The notes beneath the pieces are model-generated. The model was not told the origin of the DNA. It did not search any database and saw only the letters and a program-made list of their open reading frames with translations. Below, piece after piece: positions 9,299-19,311 of a stretch of 64,000 nt of DNA. The translations under genes and the position numbers were made by a program. The stretch is from an uncultured Bacteroidales bacterium (GTDB lineage: Bacteria; Bacteroidota; Bacteroidia; Bacteroidales; VadinHA17): assembly GCA_963782945.1 (NCBI GenBank), contig CAWALO010000015.1, positions 71,239-135,238 on the forward strand. The letters run 5' to 3'. The stretch's first letter is position 1; each line of letters begins with the position of its first letter.

Positions 9299-9910
9299 AT
9301 GAACGTGCTGGCTCACATATATCTCTCTGGTGATTCTGATAAGATAATCATTGGCAATTACATTGGTGATTATGTTAAGGGACGCGATTACCTCAATTAT
9401 CCTGATCTGATAAGAAAGGGGATTATTCTTCACCGGCATATTGATGGTTTTACAGATCGTCATCCTGTGGTTCACCGCAGCAAGATTTTCTTTACCAGGA
9501 AGTATCACAAATATGCCGGGGTCGTTACTGATATAATATATGACCATTTTCTTACCAAGGAGTGGGATTTTTTTTCAAGAAGACCGCTTGAAAGTGTCAC
9601 TTATAATTTTTACAGAGCCCTGGTAAATAATTATGAAATAATGCCTCCCAATGTCAGGGAGATGATGCCGTTCTTTATAATCAACAACTGGATTGAATCG
9701 TACCAGACCTTAAATGGAATACGCCATGTACTGACCACATTAAGCAAGCGGTCAACCCTTCCCAAGGAGACAAGATTTGCCATGCATGCCCTTAAAAAAA
9801 ACTATTATTCGCTTCAGGACGATTTTATGGAATTTTTTCCGCAGCTGATTGACTATGTTGAGAAGGATTTTGGCATTGAAATCTCTCACCGGATCACAAT
9901 GCCTTTCTGA
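9299..9910 (+). CDS. acpH: Acyl carrier protein phosphodiesterase (AcpH family)
   Basis: The N-terminus MNVLAHIYLSGDS, plus HRHIDGFTD and DHFL, are colinear with E. coli AcpH (MNFLAHLHLA..., HRRID.LTD, DHFL). Confidence 0.8.
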   Translation: MNVLAHIYLSGDSDKIIIGNYIGDYVKGRDYLNYPDLIRKGIILHRHIDGFTDRHPVVHRSKIFFTRKYHKYAGVVTDIIYDHFLTKEWDFFSRRPLESVTYNFYRALVNNYEIMPPNVREMMPFFIINNWIESYQTLNGIRHVLTTLSKRSTLPKETRFAMHALKKNYYSLQDDFMEFFPQLIDYVEKDFGIEISHRITMPF

Positions 9911-11335
9911 TCATACAAGATATTCAGTGCGGCTTGCATCCAATCGCAGGAAAATAAACAAAAGAATTGTAAATCCCCATAATGAGCTGCCACCATAACT
10001 AAAGAAAGGCAAAGGAATTCCTATTACAGGAACGAGTCCTACTGCCATTCCGATATTTATGAAGAAATGAGTAAAAATGATTGAGACCACACCGTATCCG
10101 TAAATCCTGGAAAAGACAGATCGCTGCCGCTCCGCGAGAAAAATTAGTCTAAGCAACATGGCCAGATACATTCCGATTACCACAAAGGATCCAAGAAATC
10201 CCCACTCTTCACCCACAGTGCAAAAGATAAAATCGGAACTCTGCTTGGGGACAAACTTGAACTTCGTCTGGGTGCCCTTAAGAAATCCTTTTCCCAGAAA
10301 ACCTCCGGATCCGATCGAGATTATCGACTGGTTAACATTGTAACCTGTACCGTGCAGATCTGATTTCAATCCGAGGAGTATGTTAACCCTATCCTTCTGG
10401 TGAGGCTGAATTATATTATTGAATGCATAATCAACAGAGTTGACATACAGGATACTTCCTGAAAGGAACAAATAGATCACCATTGCGGTTACAGCTTTCT
10501 TATTATAAAAGTAAAATGCATAAATGGCACCTGAAAGTAAAAGGGAGATAAAAATTACCAGCTCAGCACCAATAGATTCCAATACATAATAGTCAAGCAA
10601 GTATAAAAGGCCTGTGATAAAAATTAAAATCGCAGCCCCTACGGTCACCAGCTTCCATTTTCTGGTGGCAAACCATAAGAGGATAAATGCTGCTATAATC
10701 AAGGCAATGGTGAGATAGAGATTATTAATAAGCAATGTCAGAAAGAACAGTATAACCATAAGTAAACCTGACACGAAGATATAAGGACTCATTCCTTCCC
10801 TGAAAAGAACAAGGAACAGAGCAAAATAGACTATTGTAGAACCCATATCAGGCTGAAGGGCTGTCAGTAATGCCGGAAGAAATATAATCGCCAGGGCAGG
10901 AATAAAAACGTCAAGCCTCGTAAGGTCATGCCGCTTGGAACTAAGATATACTGCCAGGGCCAGAGCTGTTCCAAACTTGGCAAACTCAGAAGGCTGAAGG
11001 CTGAAACCTCCAAATTCGAACCACGATTTTGCTCCGTTAATTTCCTTGCCGAATAATAGTACAAGTAAAAGTATCAGCATCAGCGCTCCGTATATGAACC
11101 ATGAAAAGAAGAAATAGAACCTGCTGTCAATAATTACCACAAAGATTGCAACAACAATTGCTGCTACTATCCAGATAAACTGCTTTCCATACCTCTGGGT
11201 AAAGTCGAACATTCCTGCGCGCTCTTCATTAAACACAGCTGCATAGATATTGAACCATCCGATAATAATCATCAGCAGAAACAAGATGATGGTCATCTTG
11301 TCTATTCTGTTCCATATATTGAGATCCCGTTTCAC
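9911..11335 (-). CDS. rodA: Rod shape-determining protein RodA (SEDS/FtsW-RodA family)
   Basis: Polytopic membrane protein with the C-terminal motif GIPLPFFSYGGSS. Follows mrdA with a 4-nt overlap. Confidence 0.9.
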   Translation of the reverse strand: MKRDLNIWNRIDKMTIILFLLMIIIGWFNIYAAVFNEERAGMFDFTQRYGKQFIWIVAAIVVAIFVVIIDSRFYFFFSWFIYGALMLILLLVLLFGKEINGAKSWFEFGGFSLQPSEFAKFGTALALAVYLSSKRHDLTRLDVFIPALAIIFLPALLTALQPDMGSTIVYFALFLVLFREGMSPYIFVSGLLMVILFFLTLLINNLYLTIALIIAAFILLWFATRKWKLVTVGAAILIFITGLLYLLDYYVLESIGAELVIFISLLLSGAIYAFYFYNKKAVTAMVIYLFLSGSILYVNSVDYAFNNIIQPHQKDRVNILLGLKSDLHGTGYNVNQSIISIGSGGFLGKGFLKGTQTKFKFVPKQSSDFIFCTVGEEWGFLGSFVVIGMYLAMLLRLIFLAERQRSVFSRIYGYGVVSIIFTHFFINIGMAVGLVPVIGIPLPFFSYGGSSLWGFTILLFIFLRLDASRTEYLV

Positions 11336-13146
11336 TGTGGTGCTATAAGATTAAGATTTAGCATTCTCTGTTCCCTTGCCTTATCGGTTATGCTTCCTGT
11401 GAGGTATTTTTCAATCATAAGGCTTGCGATCGGGGCGGCATAAGTTGCTCCAAAACCAGCATTCTCGACAAAAACCATTATAGCGATTTTCGGATCATCT
11501 TTCGGTGCGAATGCAACAAATACTGAGTGCTCTTTTCCATGAGGGTTTTGGGCAGTTCCTGTTTTCCCGCAAACAATAATATCTTTCAGGGCAGCCACGC
11601 CTGCAGTTTTTCCTGCTCCGCCGTTCACCGCAGCCTCCATGCCGAGAACGACTTCTTCGAAGTTCAATGAGTCAATATTGATGATATGTTTTTTAACGAA
11701 ACGGGGGTCAATCCTGCCATCATGACCAACCTCCCTTACAACATGAGGTGAATAATAATAACCTCTGTTGGCTATTGCAGCCGTCATGTTGGCCAACTGC
11801 AAAGGTGTTGTTCCGATCTCACCCTGTCCGATTGCCATCGAAATAACGGTGAGTGCCCTCCACCTGTTCTTGCCATAATATCTGTCATAGTAGCCGGTAG
11901 CAGGAATGAAGCCAGGCAGTTCATTTACAAAATCAGTCCCCAGTCTGTTCCCGAAGCCAAACTGATTAAGATATGACTTCCATTTATCATAGGCTTCCGA
12001 GACAGATTTGTACTTTGGATTTTCAAGTGTCCTTCGGAAGGCCTGGCAGAAGTATGAATTGCACGAGTTCATTACAGCACCTTCCATATTCAGGGGAGAG
12101 GCATGTGAATGACATCCGACAAACATATAACCATTGTCGCAGCCAAAAAGAGTGTTCGGACTGATCACCTGTTCCTGGAGGGCTATCAGCCCATTTATCG
12201 GCTTAAAAGTTGATCCCGGAGGATAAGATGCCATAAGAGCCCTGTTAAACAAAGGCTTTAATGTATCTGCTGATAGTTTTGCAAAATTTTCTGACCTGAT
12301 CCTTCCAACAAGCAGGCCCGGATCATAATCAGGAGAGGAGACAAGTGTAAGGACCTCCCCGGTTTTTGGCTCCAGTGCAACGATGCTGCCTTTCTTATTC
12401 TTCATGAGAAGCTCTCCGTATTCCTGCAGATCTATGTCAATGCCTGAAATAATATCATTCCCCTGAACAGCAAGGGTATCGAAGCTGCCACCGGCATAGG
12501 AGCCTTTGATCCGGCTATAGACATCAACAAGGTAAATCTTCACGCCTCTTTTCCCCCGAAGTGCATTTTCATAAGCTTCCTCAATTCCGCTCTTCCCTAT
12601 ATAATCTCCCTGCTTATAATAGGGATCCTTCCTGATGACTCCCTCATCAACTTCACTGACATATCCAAGAATATGTGAAGCTATTGGTCTTGAATATTTC
12701 CTCAGAGTTCTTGGCTGCACATAAAAACCGGGATACATAAACATTTTCTCCTGCAACCTTGCATAAGTCTCATCAGAAATTTGCTTAAGAAAAACGGACG
12801 GCGCACGTCTTGAATAGCTGAAAGCTGCTGACATTCGTTCCCTGAATATATCTTCCGTGATTCCAAGGAGAGTGCAAAATGCCCCGGTATCAATTTTTGA
12901 AGTCTGGGAAGGAATTACCATCAGATCATAAGCTGCCTGGTTGTAAACTATAAGTTCCCCATTCCTGTCGTAGATAAGTCCTCTGGCCGGATACTGGGTC
13001 ACATACCTGAGAACATTATTATCGGCAGACAACCTGTATGAATCATTAACGACCTGGATAAAGAAAAGCCTTATAAGCAAAACGAGGGAAGCAAGAACAA
13101 TCAGCCCCATTATAAGATACTTCCTGTTAATAAATGGATCTTTCAT
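11332..13146 (-). CDS. mrdA: Penicillin-binding protein 2 (elongasome transpeptidase)
   Basis: 604 aa with an N-terminal TM segment and the STFKP, SCN-like and KTGTA motifs of class B PBPs. Located in the mre/rodA cluster. Confidence 0.9.
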   Translation of the reverse strand: MKDPFINRKYLIMGLIVLASLVLLIRLFFIQVVNDSYRLSADNNVLRYVTQYPARGLIYDRNGELIVYNQAAYDLMVIPSQTSKIDTGAFCTLLGITEDIFRERMSAAFSYSRRAPSVFLKQISDETYARLQEKMFMYPGFYVQPRTLRKYSRPIASHILGYVSEVDEGVIRKDPYYKQGDYIGKSGIEEAYENALRGKRGVKIYLVDVYSRIKGSYAGGSFDTLAVQGNDIISGIDIDLQEYGELLMKNKKGSIVALEPKTGEVLTLVSSPDYDPGLLVGRIRSENFAKLSADTLKPLFNRALMASYPPGSTFKPINGLIALQEQVISPNTLFGCDNGYMFVGCHSHASPLNMEGAVMNSCNSYFCQAFRRTLENPKYKSVSEAYDKWKSYLNQFGFGNRLGTDFVNELPGFIPATGYYDRYYGKNRWRALTVISMAIGQGEIGTTPLQLANMTAAIANRGYYYSPHVVREVGHDGRIDPRFVKKHIINIDSLNFEEVVLGMEAAVNGGAGKTAGVAALKDIIVCGKTGTAQNPHGKEHSVFVAFAPKDDPKIAIMVFVENAGFGATYAAPIASLMIEKYLTGSITDKAREQRMLNLNLIAPQ

Positions 13147-13157
13147 GATCGTATCAT

Positions 13158-13664
13158 TTACCTTCCCTTCCTGTAAAATTCAATGAGCACAATAAATATC
13201 GAGGTGAACAGCGAACTCAGGAGCACTCTGAGCATGGTTCTGAAAAAATCGGCAAAACGGAATACTTCCAGATAAAAAAGAGCTGTATGATGGACCAGAA
13301 CTATTAACAGTGTATAGGTAAGGAACCATCTGAAACCGTAACTCAGTATTGATGGTTCTGATCGTGGCTCATAACCATCTCTGGGAGAAACTATCCTGAG
13401 AACAGCCGGACGGAGGAACCCTGCAAGAACAGTAGCGGAAGAGTGCATACCGGGAGACCCTGAAAAGAAATCAATGATGATACCTGTCATGAATGACAAT
13501 AACAACAGAAGCCATGATGGAATCTCAACCGGCAGAAGGAGAATAAACATTATATAAACGTACGGATTTATATATCCACTGAACTGGATATTGTTAAATA
13601 ACACTACCTGCAACAATATCAATATAACAAAAATCAGACTAAACCTTAAAATTGAATTTATCAT
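13158..13664 (-). CDS. mreD: Rod shape-determining protein MreD
   Basis: 168-aa multi-TM protein. Sits between mreC and mrdA and overlaps the mreC stop by 4 nt. Confidence 0.8.
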   Translation of the reverse strand: MINSILRFSLIFVILILLQVVLFNNIQFSGYINPYVYIMFILLLPVEIPSWLLLLLSFMTGIIIDFFSGSPGMHSSATVLAGFLRPAVLRIVSPRDGYEPRSEPSILSYGFRWFLTYTLLIVLVHHTALFYLEVFRFADFFRTMLRVLLSSLFTSIFIVLIEFYRKGR

Positions 13665-14482
13665 TTAAATTGCTTTTCAAGTTCATCCTTTTCAGCTTTC
13701 TCAAGGTTCCCTATTACATCCACAAAGTGAAGTTTCTTAAAATCGGATGTCAGCAGGACTGTTATTTTATAAAAATCTCCGCCACGCCGCTCAAAATCGC
13801 TGATAGTTCCTATTGTCAATCCCTCCGGGAAAATGGCTGAATAGCCGGTGGTTTCTATTGTATCACCCACAGTTACATTAATATGCTGGGGTATCTCACC
13901 TAAGACAGCATGACGGTAATCTCTCCCATCCCAGCTGAGTGAACCAAAATAGCCATTTGATTTTATCCTTACACTCAGCCTGAAATCCAGATTCAGCAGT
14001 GACATGGCAACTGAAAAGTTCTCGGAACATCCCACAATAACTCCGGCTACTCCATCAAAAGAAGTTACCGCCATATCTGTTGAAATTCCCTGAAGTTTAC
14101 CCTTGTTAATTGTAAAGAAATTCTTCTGCCTGTTTATCGAATTCTCAACTACTTCAGCCGATGTATGAATGTACTGTTGCTTGTAGAGCGTGTCTGTAAC
14201 AGAAAAAAAAAGCGAATTCTCTCTCCTGACCAGCCTTTCGATGCTGTTTCTGAGAGCAATGTTTTCTGCGCCAAGGTTTTCGTTAATCTCACGCAGGCTG
14301 AGATAATTCCTGGTGTTATTTATTTTCGTCTCGATCCCATGTGTTACTCCTCTAATCCCCTTTGCAACCCTGGTATTATGATAGCTATTCCCGGTAGTAA
14401 GTAAATAAAATGTTATTCCTTCAAGGATCAGAAAGATTATCAGGTTATTGAATCGTATCAGAAAATTCAGAAGATTCCTCAT
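13661..14482 (-). CDS. mreC: Rod shape-determining protein MreC
   Basis: 273 aa with an N-terminal TM segment, a coiled coil and beta-rich domains. Located downstream of mreB. Confidence 0.9.
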   Translation of the reverse strand: MRNLLNFLIRFNNLIIFLILEGITFYLLTTGNSYHNTRVAKGIRGVTHGIETKINNTRNYLSLREINENLGAENIALRNSIERLVRRENSLFFSVTDTLYKQQYIHTSAEVVENSINRQKNFFTINKGKLQGISTDMAVTSFDGVAGVIVGCSENFSVAMSLLNLDFRLSVRIKSNGYFGSLSWDGRDYRHAVLGEIPQHINVTVGDTIETTGYSAIFPEGLTIGTISDFERRGGDFYKITVLLTSDFKKLHFVDVIGNLEKAEKDELEKQFK

Positions 14483-14495
14483 TCATTAAGAAGGG

Positions 14496-15518
14496 TTATC
14501 TCATTAGAAATTGAAATCTCTCCACATTTTTCAAAGCGACCCCAGTGCCTCGTGCCACAGCATGCAGCGGATCTTCAACAACATTAAAGTTAATATTGAT
14601 TTTATCTGAAAGTCTACGGTCAAGTCCTCTTAAAAGTGCACCGCCCCCTGCAAGGTATATCCCCTTATTAACAATATCAGCATACAGTTCAGGAGGTGTC
14701 TGCTCAAGTACGCTTAATAAAGCAGCCTCCACTTTGGATAAAGATTTATCAAGGCAATAAGCAATCTCCTGGTAGGATACCGGTATCTCGATCGGAAGAG
14801 CTGTCATGATGTTTGGCCCCCTTACCACAAAATCGGCAGGAGGATTATCAATATCCGGCAGGGCAGCACCAACAGCGATCTTTATGTCTTCCGCCGTTCT
14901 TTCACCGATTTTTATATTATGCTGATGACGCATATATGCCTGTACATCAGCAGTAAATCCATCTCCTGCAATCCTTATGGATTTATTGCATACAATCCCG
15001 CCAAGTGCAATCACGGCAATTTCAGTTGTCCCCCCCCCTATATCAACAACCATACAACCTTCAGGTGCCTCTACATCCAGTCCGATACCTATTGCAGCAG
15101 CCATTGGTTCATATATCATGTAAACATCGCGCCCGCCCGCGTGCTCAGAAGAGTCGCGGACTGCACGTATTTCGACTTCAGTACTTCCTGACGGAATGCA
15201 AACAACCATTTTCAGCGATGGAGAGAAGAGACGAGGTCCCTTATTTATCATCTTTATCATTCCCCTGATCATTAGCTCGGCGGCATTGAAATCAGCAATA
15301 ACCCCATCCCTCAAAGGCCTTATCGTCTTGATGTTTTCATGCGTCTTACCGTGCATTTGCCGTGCAACCTCACCAATAGCTATCAGCTTCCCGGTATTCT
15401 TATCTATTGCCACTATAGATGGCTCATCAACAACAACTTTATCATTATGAATAATAATTGTGTTGGCTGTTCCCAGATCGATTGCAATCTCTTGTGTTAA
15501 AAATGAAAATAGTCCCAT
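14496..15518 (-). CDS. mreB: Actin-like rod shape protein MreB
   Basis: Contains IAIDLGTANT, DIGGGTTE and YLAGGGALLRGLD, the typical MreB phosphate and adenosine motifs. Confidence 0.95.
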   Translation of the reverse strand: MGLFSFLTQEIAIDLGTANTIIIHNDKVVVDEPSIVAIDKNTGKLIAIGEVARQMHGKTHENIKTIRPLRDGVIADFNAAELMIRGMIKMINKGPRLFSPSLKMVVCIPSGSTEVEIRAVRDSSEHAGGRDVYMIYEPMAAAIGIGLDVEAPEGCMVVDIGGGTTEIAVIALGGIVCNKSIRIAGDGFTADVQAYMRHQHNIKIGERTAEDIKIAVGAALPDIDNPPADFVVRGPNIMTALPIEIPVSYQEIAYCLDKSLSKVEAALLSVLEQTPPELYADIVNKGIYLAGGGALLRGLDRRLSDKININFNVVEDPLHAVARGTGVALKNVERFQFLMR

Positions 15519-15543
15519 TATATTGAGATGATTAATTAATGAT

Positions 15544-17067
15544 TTAATGTTTAAAGTGTCTGATTCCGGTAAATACCATTGCTACATTATTTGAAGAACA
15601 GTAGTCTATTGAATCCTGATCCCTGACAGACCCCCCTGGCTCGACAATTGCTGTGATACCTGCCTTATGAGCTATCTCCACGCTGTCAGGAAATGGGAAG
15701 TATGCATCGGAAGCCATCACGGCACCCTTCAGGTCGAATCCGAAAGACCCTGCTTTCTCAATTGCCTGCTTCATAGCATCCACCCTCGATGTTTGCCCGA
15801 TTCCGCTAGCACATAACTGCCTGTTCTTAGCTATGACAATAGCGTTGGATTTACTGTGCTTGACAATAATATTTGCAAACACAAGGTCATCAAATTCTTC
15901 AGGCCGTGGTACTCTGATGGTTACAGGTTTCATCCCAGGCGCCCTTTCGGTGCTGTTATCTCTCTGCTGCCAGAGTACTCCGCCAAGCAATGAGCGGAAG
16001 ACAAACTCATCCCGCCCTGAATGTTTTCTCAGGAGAATTATCCTGTTTTTCTTCTGCTTCAGAATTTCCAGAGCCGCAGGAGAGTAACCTGGGGCAATGA
16101 TAATCTCAAAAAATATCTTGTCTATCTCCCCGGCAGTAGATTCATCAACATCTGCATTAGTTACAATGACACCCCCGAATGCAGATACCGGATCGCAGGC
16201 AAGGGCATCTTTCCATGCTGTCAGTCCGTCCTTCCTTGAGGCAACACCACAGGCATTGTTATGCTTTATTATCACAAAAGTGGTACTGTCAAACTCGTCA
16301 ATGAGATTAAGTGCTGCATCAAGATCGAGAAGGTTATTGTATGAGATCTCTTTCCCATGAAGCTTATCGAAAACCAGGCCGGGATTACCATAAAAAATAC
16401 CTTTCTGATGCGGATTCTCACCATAACGCAGGGGATAGGATGTATCAATGCTCTCCCTGAACGCCTCTATTCCTTCTTCCCTGTTGAAATAGCTGAATAT
16501 TGCTGTATCGTAATTTGAGGATGTCTGAAATGCCTTTGCGGCATAATACCTTCTCTCCTCCAGGACAGTAAAACCTTTCCTCTCATTCAGCAGTGCAAGC
16601 AACCCCGGATACTGCTCTCTGCCCGAGATGATAAGAACATCGCTGTAGTTTTTAGCGGCAGCCCTTATGAGGGAGATCCCGCCTATATCTATCTTTTCAA
16701 TTATAGCCTCATTGTCAGTTACACTTTTCAGAGTCTCCTCAAAAGGATAAAGATCCACAATTACAAGATCAATCTGGGGGATCCTGTATTTTTCAAGCTG
16801 CTCCAGATCCTCCGCCAGTTCACGCCTGGCAAGGATTCCCCCAAATACGGAGGGGTGAAGAGTTTTTACCCTTCCTCCCAGAATTGAGGGATAGGTCGTA
16901 AGATCTTCAACTTTTTCAGCAGGTATGCCCAGTTCATTAATGAAACTGAAAGTGCCCCCGGTCGAGAATATTTTTATGTCAAGAGAGTGAAGCATCCTGA
17001 CTATATTATCCAGCCCATCTTTATAATAAACTGAAATAAGTGCACTCCTTATTTTTTTCTCACTCAT
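15544..17067 (-). CDS. purH: Bifunctional AICAR formyltransferase / IMP cyclohydrolase
   Basis: 507 aa. Contains ALISVYYKDGL, RVKTLHP, KHNNACG and a C-terminal FTGIRHFKH. Confidence 0.95.
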   Translation of the reverse strand: MSEKKIRSALISVYYKDGLDNIVRMLHSLDIKIFSTGGTFSFINELGIPAEKVEDLTTYPSILGGRVKTLHPSVFGGILARRELAEDLEQLEKYRIPQIDLVIVDLYPFEETLKSVTDNEAIIEKIDIGGISLIRAAAKNYSDVLIISGREQYPGLLALLNERKGFTVLEERRYYAAKAFQTSSNYDTAIFSYFNREEGIEAFRESIDTSYPLRYGENPHQKGIFYGNPGLVFDKLHGKEISYNNLLDLDAALNLIDEFDSTTFVIIKHNNACGVASRKDGLTAWKDALACDPVSAFGGVIVTNADVDESTAGEIDKIFFEIIIAPGYSPAALEILKQKKNRIILLRKHSGRDEFVFRSLLGGVLWQQRDNSTERAPGMKPVTIRVPRPEEFDDLVFANIIVKHSKSNAIVIAKNRQLCASGIGQTSRVDAMKQAIEKAGSFGFDLKGAVMASDAYFPFPDSVEIAHKAGITAIVEPGGSVRDQDSIDYCSSNNVAMVFTGIRHFKH

Positions 17068-17223
17068 AATCTGACAATTACGATTAGGTTAGGACAATTA
17101 TTAAAGGTGCTTAAAAATAGATATTTTTTTAATACCCGTTACATTAAAATAATTGATTCTCAAAGGAGCATAATTAAAAATGTATTTTGACCAACCTTCA
17201 TAGTCCAATATTACAGGTTTTAG

Positions 17224-17231
17224 TATCTTTG
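17224..17231 (+). promoter_or_regulatory. Bacteroidota-type -7 promoter box TATCTTTG (TAnnTTTG)
   Basis: Exact match to TAnnTTTG, 33 nt upstream of the 17264 start. I saw no convincing -33 TTTG at canonical spacing. Confidence 0.4.
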
Positions 17232-17263
17232 AACAATCAGAAAATTGCAACAAATAGTGTAAG

Positions 17264-18511
17264 ATGTTTCTCAGACTTTTTAAAGAGGGGTTTTTATTCG
17301 CAGTTAACTCTATTATTGTTAATAAGTTAAGGACATTCCTTTCTCTTTTTGGAATTACAATTGGTATTTTTTCGATAATATCGGTTTTTACAGTGCTGGA
17401 CTGGATGGCTAAATCGATTCACGATAGTATCTCCACCCTGGGAGATAATGTTATCTATGTCGAAAAGTGGCCATGGTCATTTGATCCTAATTTTGCCTGG
17501 TGGGATGTTGTTAAATGGCCGGCAGTTACAATAGATGACTATCAGGCAGTCCAAAACAGATCAACCAAAGCCTCATCTGCATGTTTTTCTGTATTCCAGA
17601 CGAAACAGATTAAGTATAATAAAAATCTTGCCAGCGATGTTGTAATCTGGGCAGCTACTCATGAGTTCGAGAATATTAGATCATTTGAGATTGAGAATGG
17701 CCGGTTTTTTTCACCTGATGAATCAGGTTCAGGAAAAAATGTTGCAATCCTGGGTGCTGTAATGGCCGAAAAACTATTTGATAAGGTAAACCCGGTCGGG
17801 AAACAGATATCGATAGATGGGAATAAAACAAATGTCATCGGTGTGTTTAAGAAGGAAGGAAAGGGTGGGATTGGTGATAATGGAATGGATGAGATGACAC
17901 TTGTTCCTTTAAATTATGGAAAGACCTTCATAAACCTGAGAAATAAATTCCTCGATGCAACCCTTATGATAAAGGCGAAAGAGGGGGTACAGATCCAGGA
18001 GCTAAGTGATGAGACTACAATGATACTGCGGGCAGCAAGAAGGCTGCACCCCGATGAGCTAACCAACTTCTCAGTAAACCAATCAAGCCTTCTCTCTCAG
18101 GGGTTTGATTCTGTCTTTGCAGGAATCAAGATCGGCGGATGGGTAATCGGTGGTTTTGCTATACTTGTCGGTGGATTCGGTATTGCAAATATCATGTTTG
18201 TATCTGTAAGGGAAAGAACTAATATTATTGGCATACAGAAAGCCCTTGGAGCAAAAAGGTTTTTCATTCTTCAGCAATTTCTTGTTGAATCTGTCCTGCT
18301 TTCTGTAATTGGCGGACTGCTGGGAGTTCTGATGATTTTCATCGGCACCCTCGTTATAAACTACCTCTATGATCTGAATATTTACCTTACTGTGGCAAAT
18401 ACCATGCTGGCAATATTCATATCGGGAATTATCGGGGTGGTGGCGGGTTATGCTCCTGCCTATGCTGCTGCAAAAATGAATCCGGTAGAAGCAATCGGCT
18501 TCTCATTCTGA
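17264..18511 (+). CDS. ABC transporter permease, FtsX/MacB-like
   Basis: 415 aa with an N-terminal TM segment, a large periplasmic domain and a C-terminal FtsX-type 3-TM bundle ([11 protein letters not shown]). No ATPase gene is adjacent. Confidence 0.8.
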   Translation: MFLRLFKEGFLFAVNSIIVNKLRTFLSLFGITIGIFSIISVFTVLDWMAKSIHDSISTLGDNVIYVEKWPWSFDPNFAWWDVVKWPAVTIDDYQAVQNRSTKASSACFSVFQTKQIKYNKNLASDVVIWAATHEFENIRSFEIENGRFFSPDESGSGKNVAILGAVMAEKLFDKVNPVGKQISIDGNKTNVIGVFKKEGKGGIGDNGMDEMTLVPLNYGKTFINLRNKFLDATLMIKAKEGVQIQELSDETTMILRAARRLHPDELTNFSVNQSSLLSQGFDSVFAGIKIGGWVIGGFAILVGGFGIANIMFVSVRERTNIIGIQKALGAKRFFILQQFLVESVLLSVIGGLLGVLMIFIGTLVINYLYDLNIYLTVANTMLAIFISGIIGVVAGYAPAYAAAKMNPVEAIGFSF

Positions 18512-19285
18512 GATTTTCCTGTTCTCTTCTATCCATCTTGTCAGTTTAACAAACTGTTCTACAGAGAGTTGTTCTGGTCTCAACCCAAATTCAGGATAGT
18601 CCTCCCGCTTCAGATCAAAAGCAGCTTTAACAGAGTTTCTTAATGTTTTTCTTCTCTGGTTAAAACAAGCCTTTACCACTCTCAGAAAAAGCGACTCATC
18701 ACAGTCAAGACTTTTAACATCATTTCTTATCAGCCGTATAACACCTGATTTTACTTTTGGAGGCGGAGAGAATACATGTTCATGCACGGTAAACAGATAT
18801 TCCGGCCTATAGTAAGCCTGAAGCAGTACACTAAGTATTCCGTAAGCTTTTGAACCAGGTCCGGAACAGATTCTTTCTGCAACTTCCTTCTGCAACATCC
18901 CTGCAATCTCTGCCACTTTTTCACGGTGTTTGAGAGCTTTGAACAATATCTGGGTTGAGATATTATAGGGAAAATTCCCTATTATGGCAAACTTTTCAGA
19001 GAAACAGGCGTCAACATCAAATGTCAGAAAGTCACCCCTGATTATCTCTTGCAGCCCGGGGAACTTTGTCCTGAGGTAATGAACCGATTCGTTGTCAATC
19101 TCAATGACCCTGAAATCCTCAAACCCTCTTGCAATCAGATGAGATGTCAGCATACCCATTCCCGGACCTATCTCCAGCACTGAACTATACCCTGTTCCTG
19201 TAAGGGCAGCTGCTATTTTTGAGGCAATTACCTCATCCTTAAGAAAGTGCTGTCCAAGATTTCTTTTTGGCTGTACTCTGCTCAC
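18503..19285 (-). CDS. rsmA: 16S rRNA (adenine1518/1519-N6)-dimethyltransferase
   Basis: Contains LGQHFL, the SAM-binding VLEIGPGMG motif and GNFPYNIST. Confidence 0.9.
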   Translation of the reverse strand: MSRVQPKRNLGQHFLKDEVIASKIAAALTGTGYSSVLEIGPGMGMLTSHLIARGFEDFRVIEIDNESVHYLRTKFPGLQEIIRGDFLTFDVDACFSEKFAIIGNFPYNISTQILFKALKHREKVAEIAGMLQKEVAERICSGPGSKAYGILSVLLQAYYRPEYLFTVHEHVFSPPPKVKSGVIRLIRNDVKSLDCDESLFLRVVKACFNQRRKTLRNSVKAAFDLKREDYPEFGLRPEQLSVEQFVKLTRWIEENRKISE

Positions 19286-19311
19286 AATATTCTTTGTTTG
19301 GGATTAAGCAA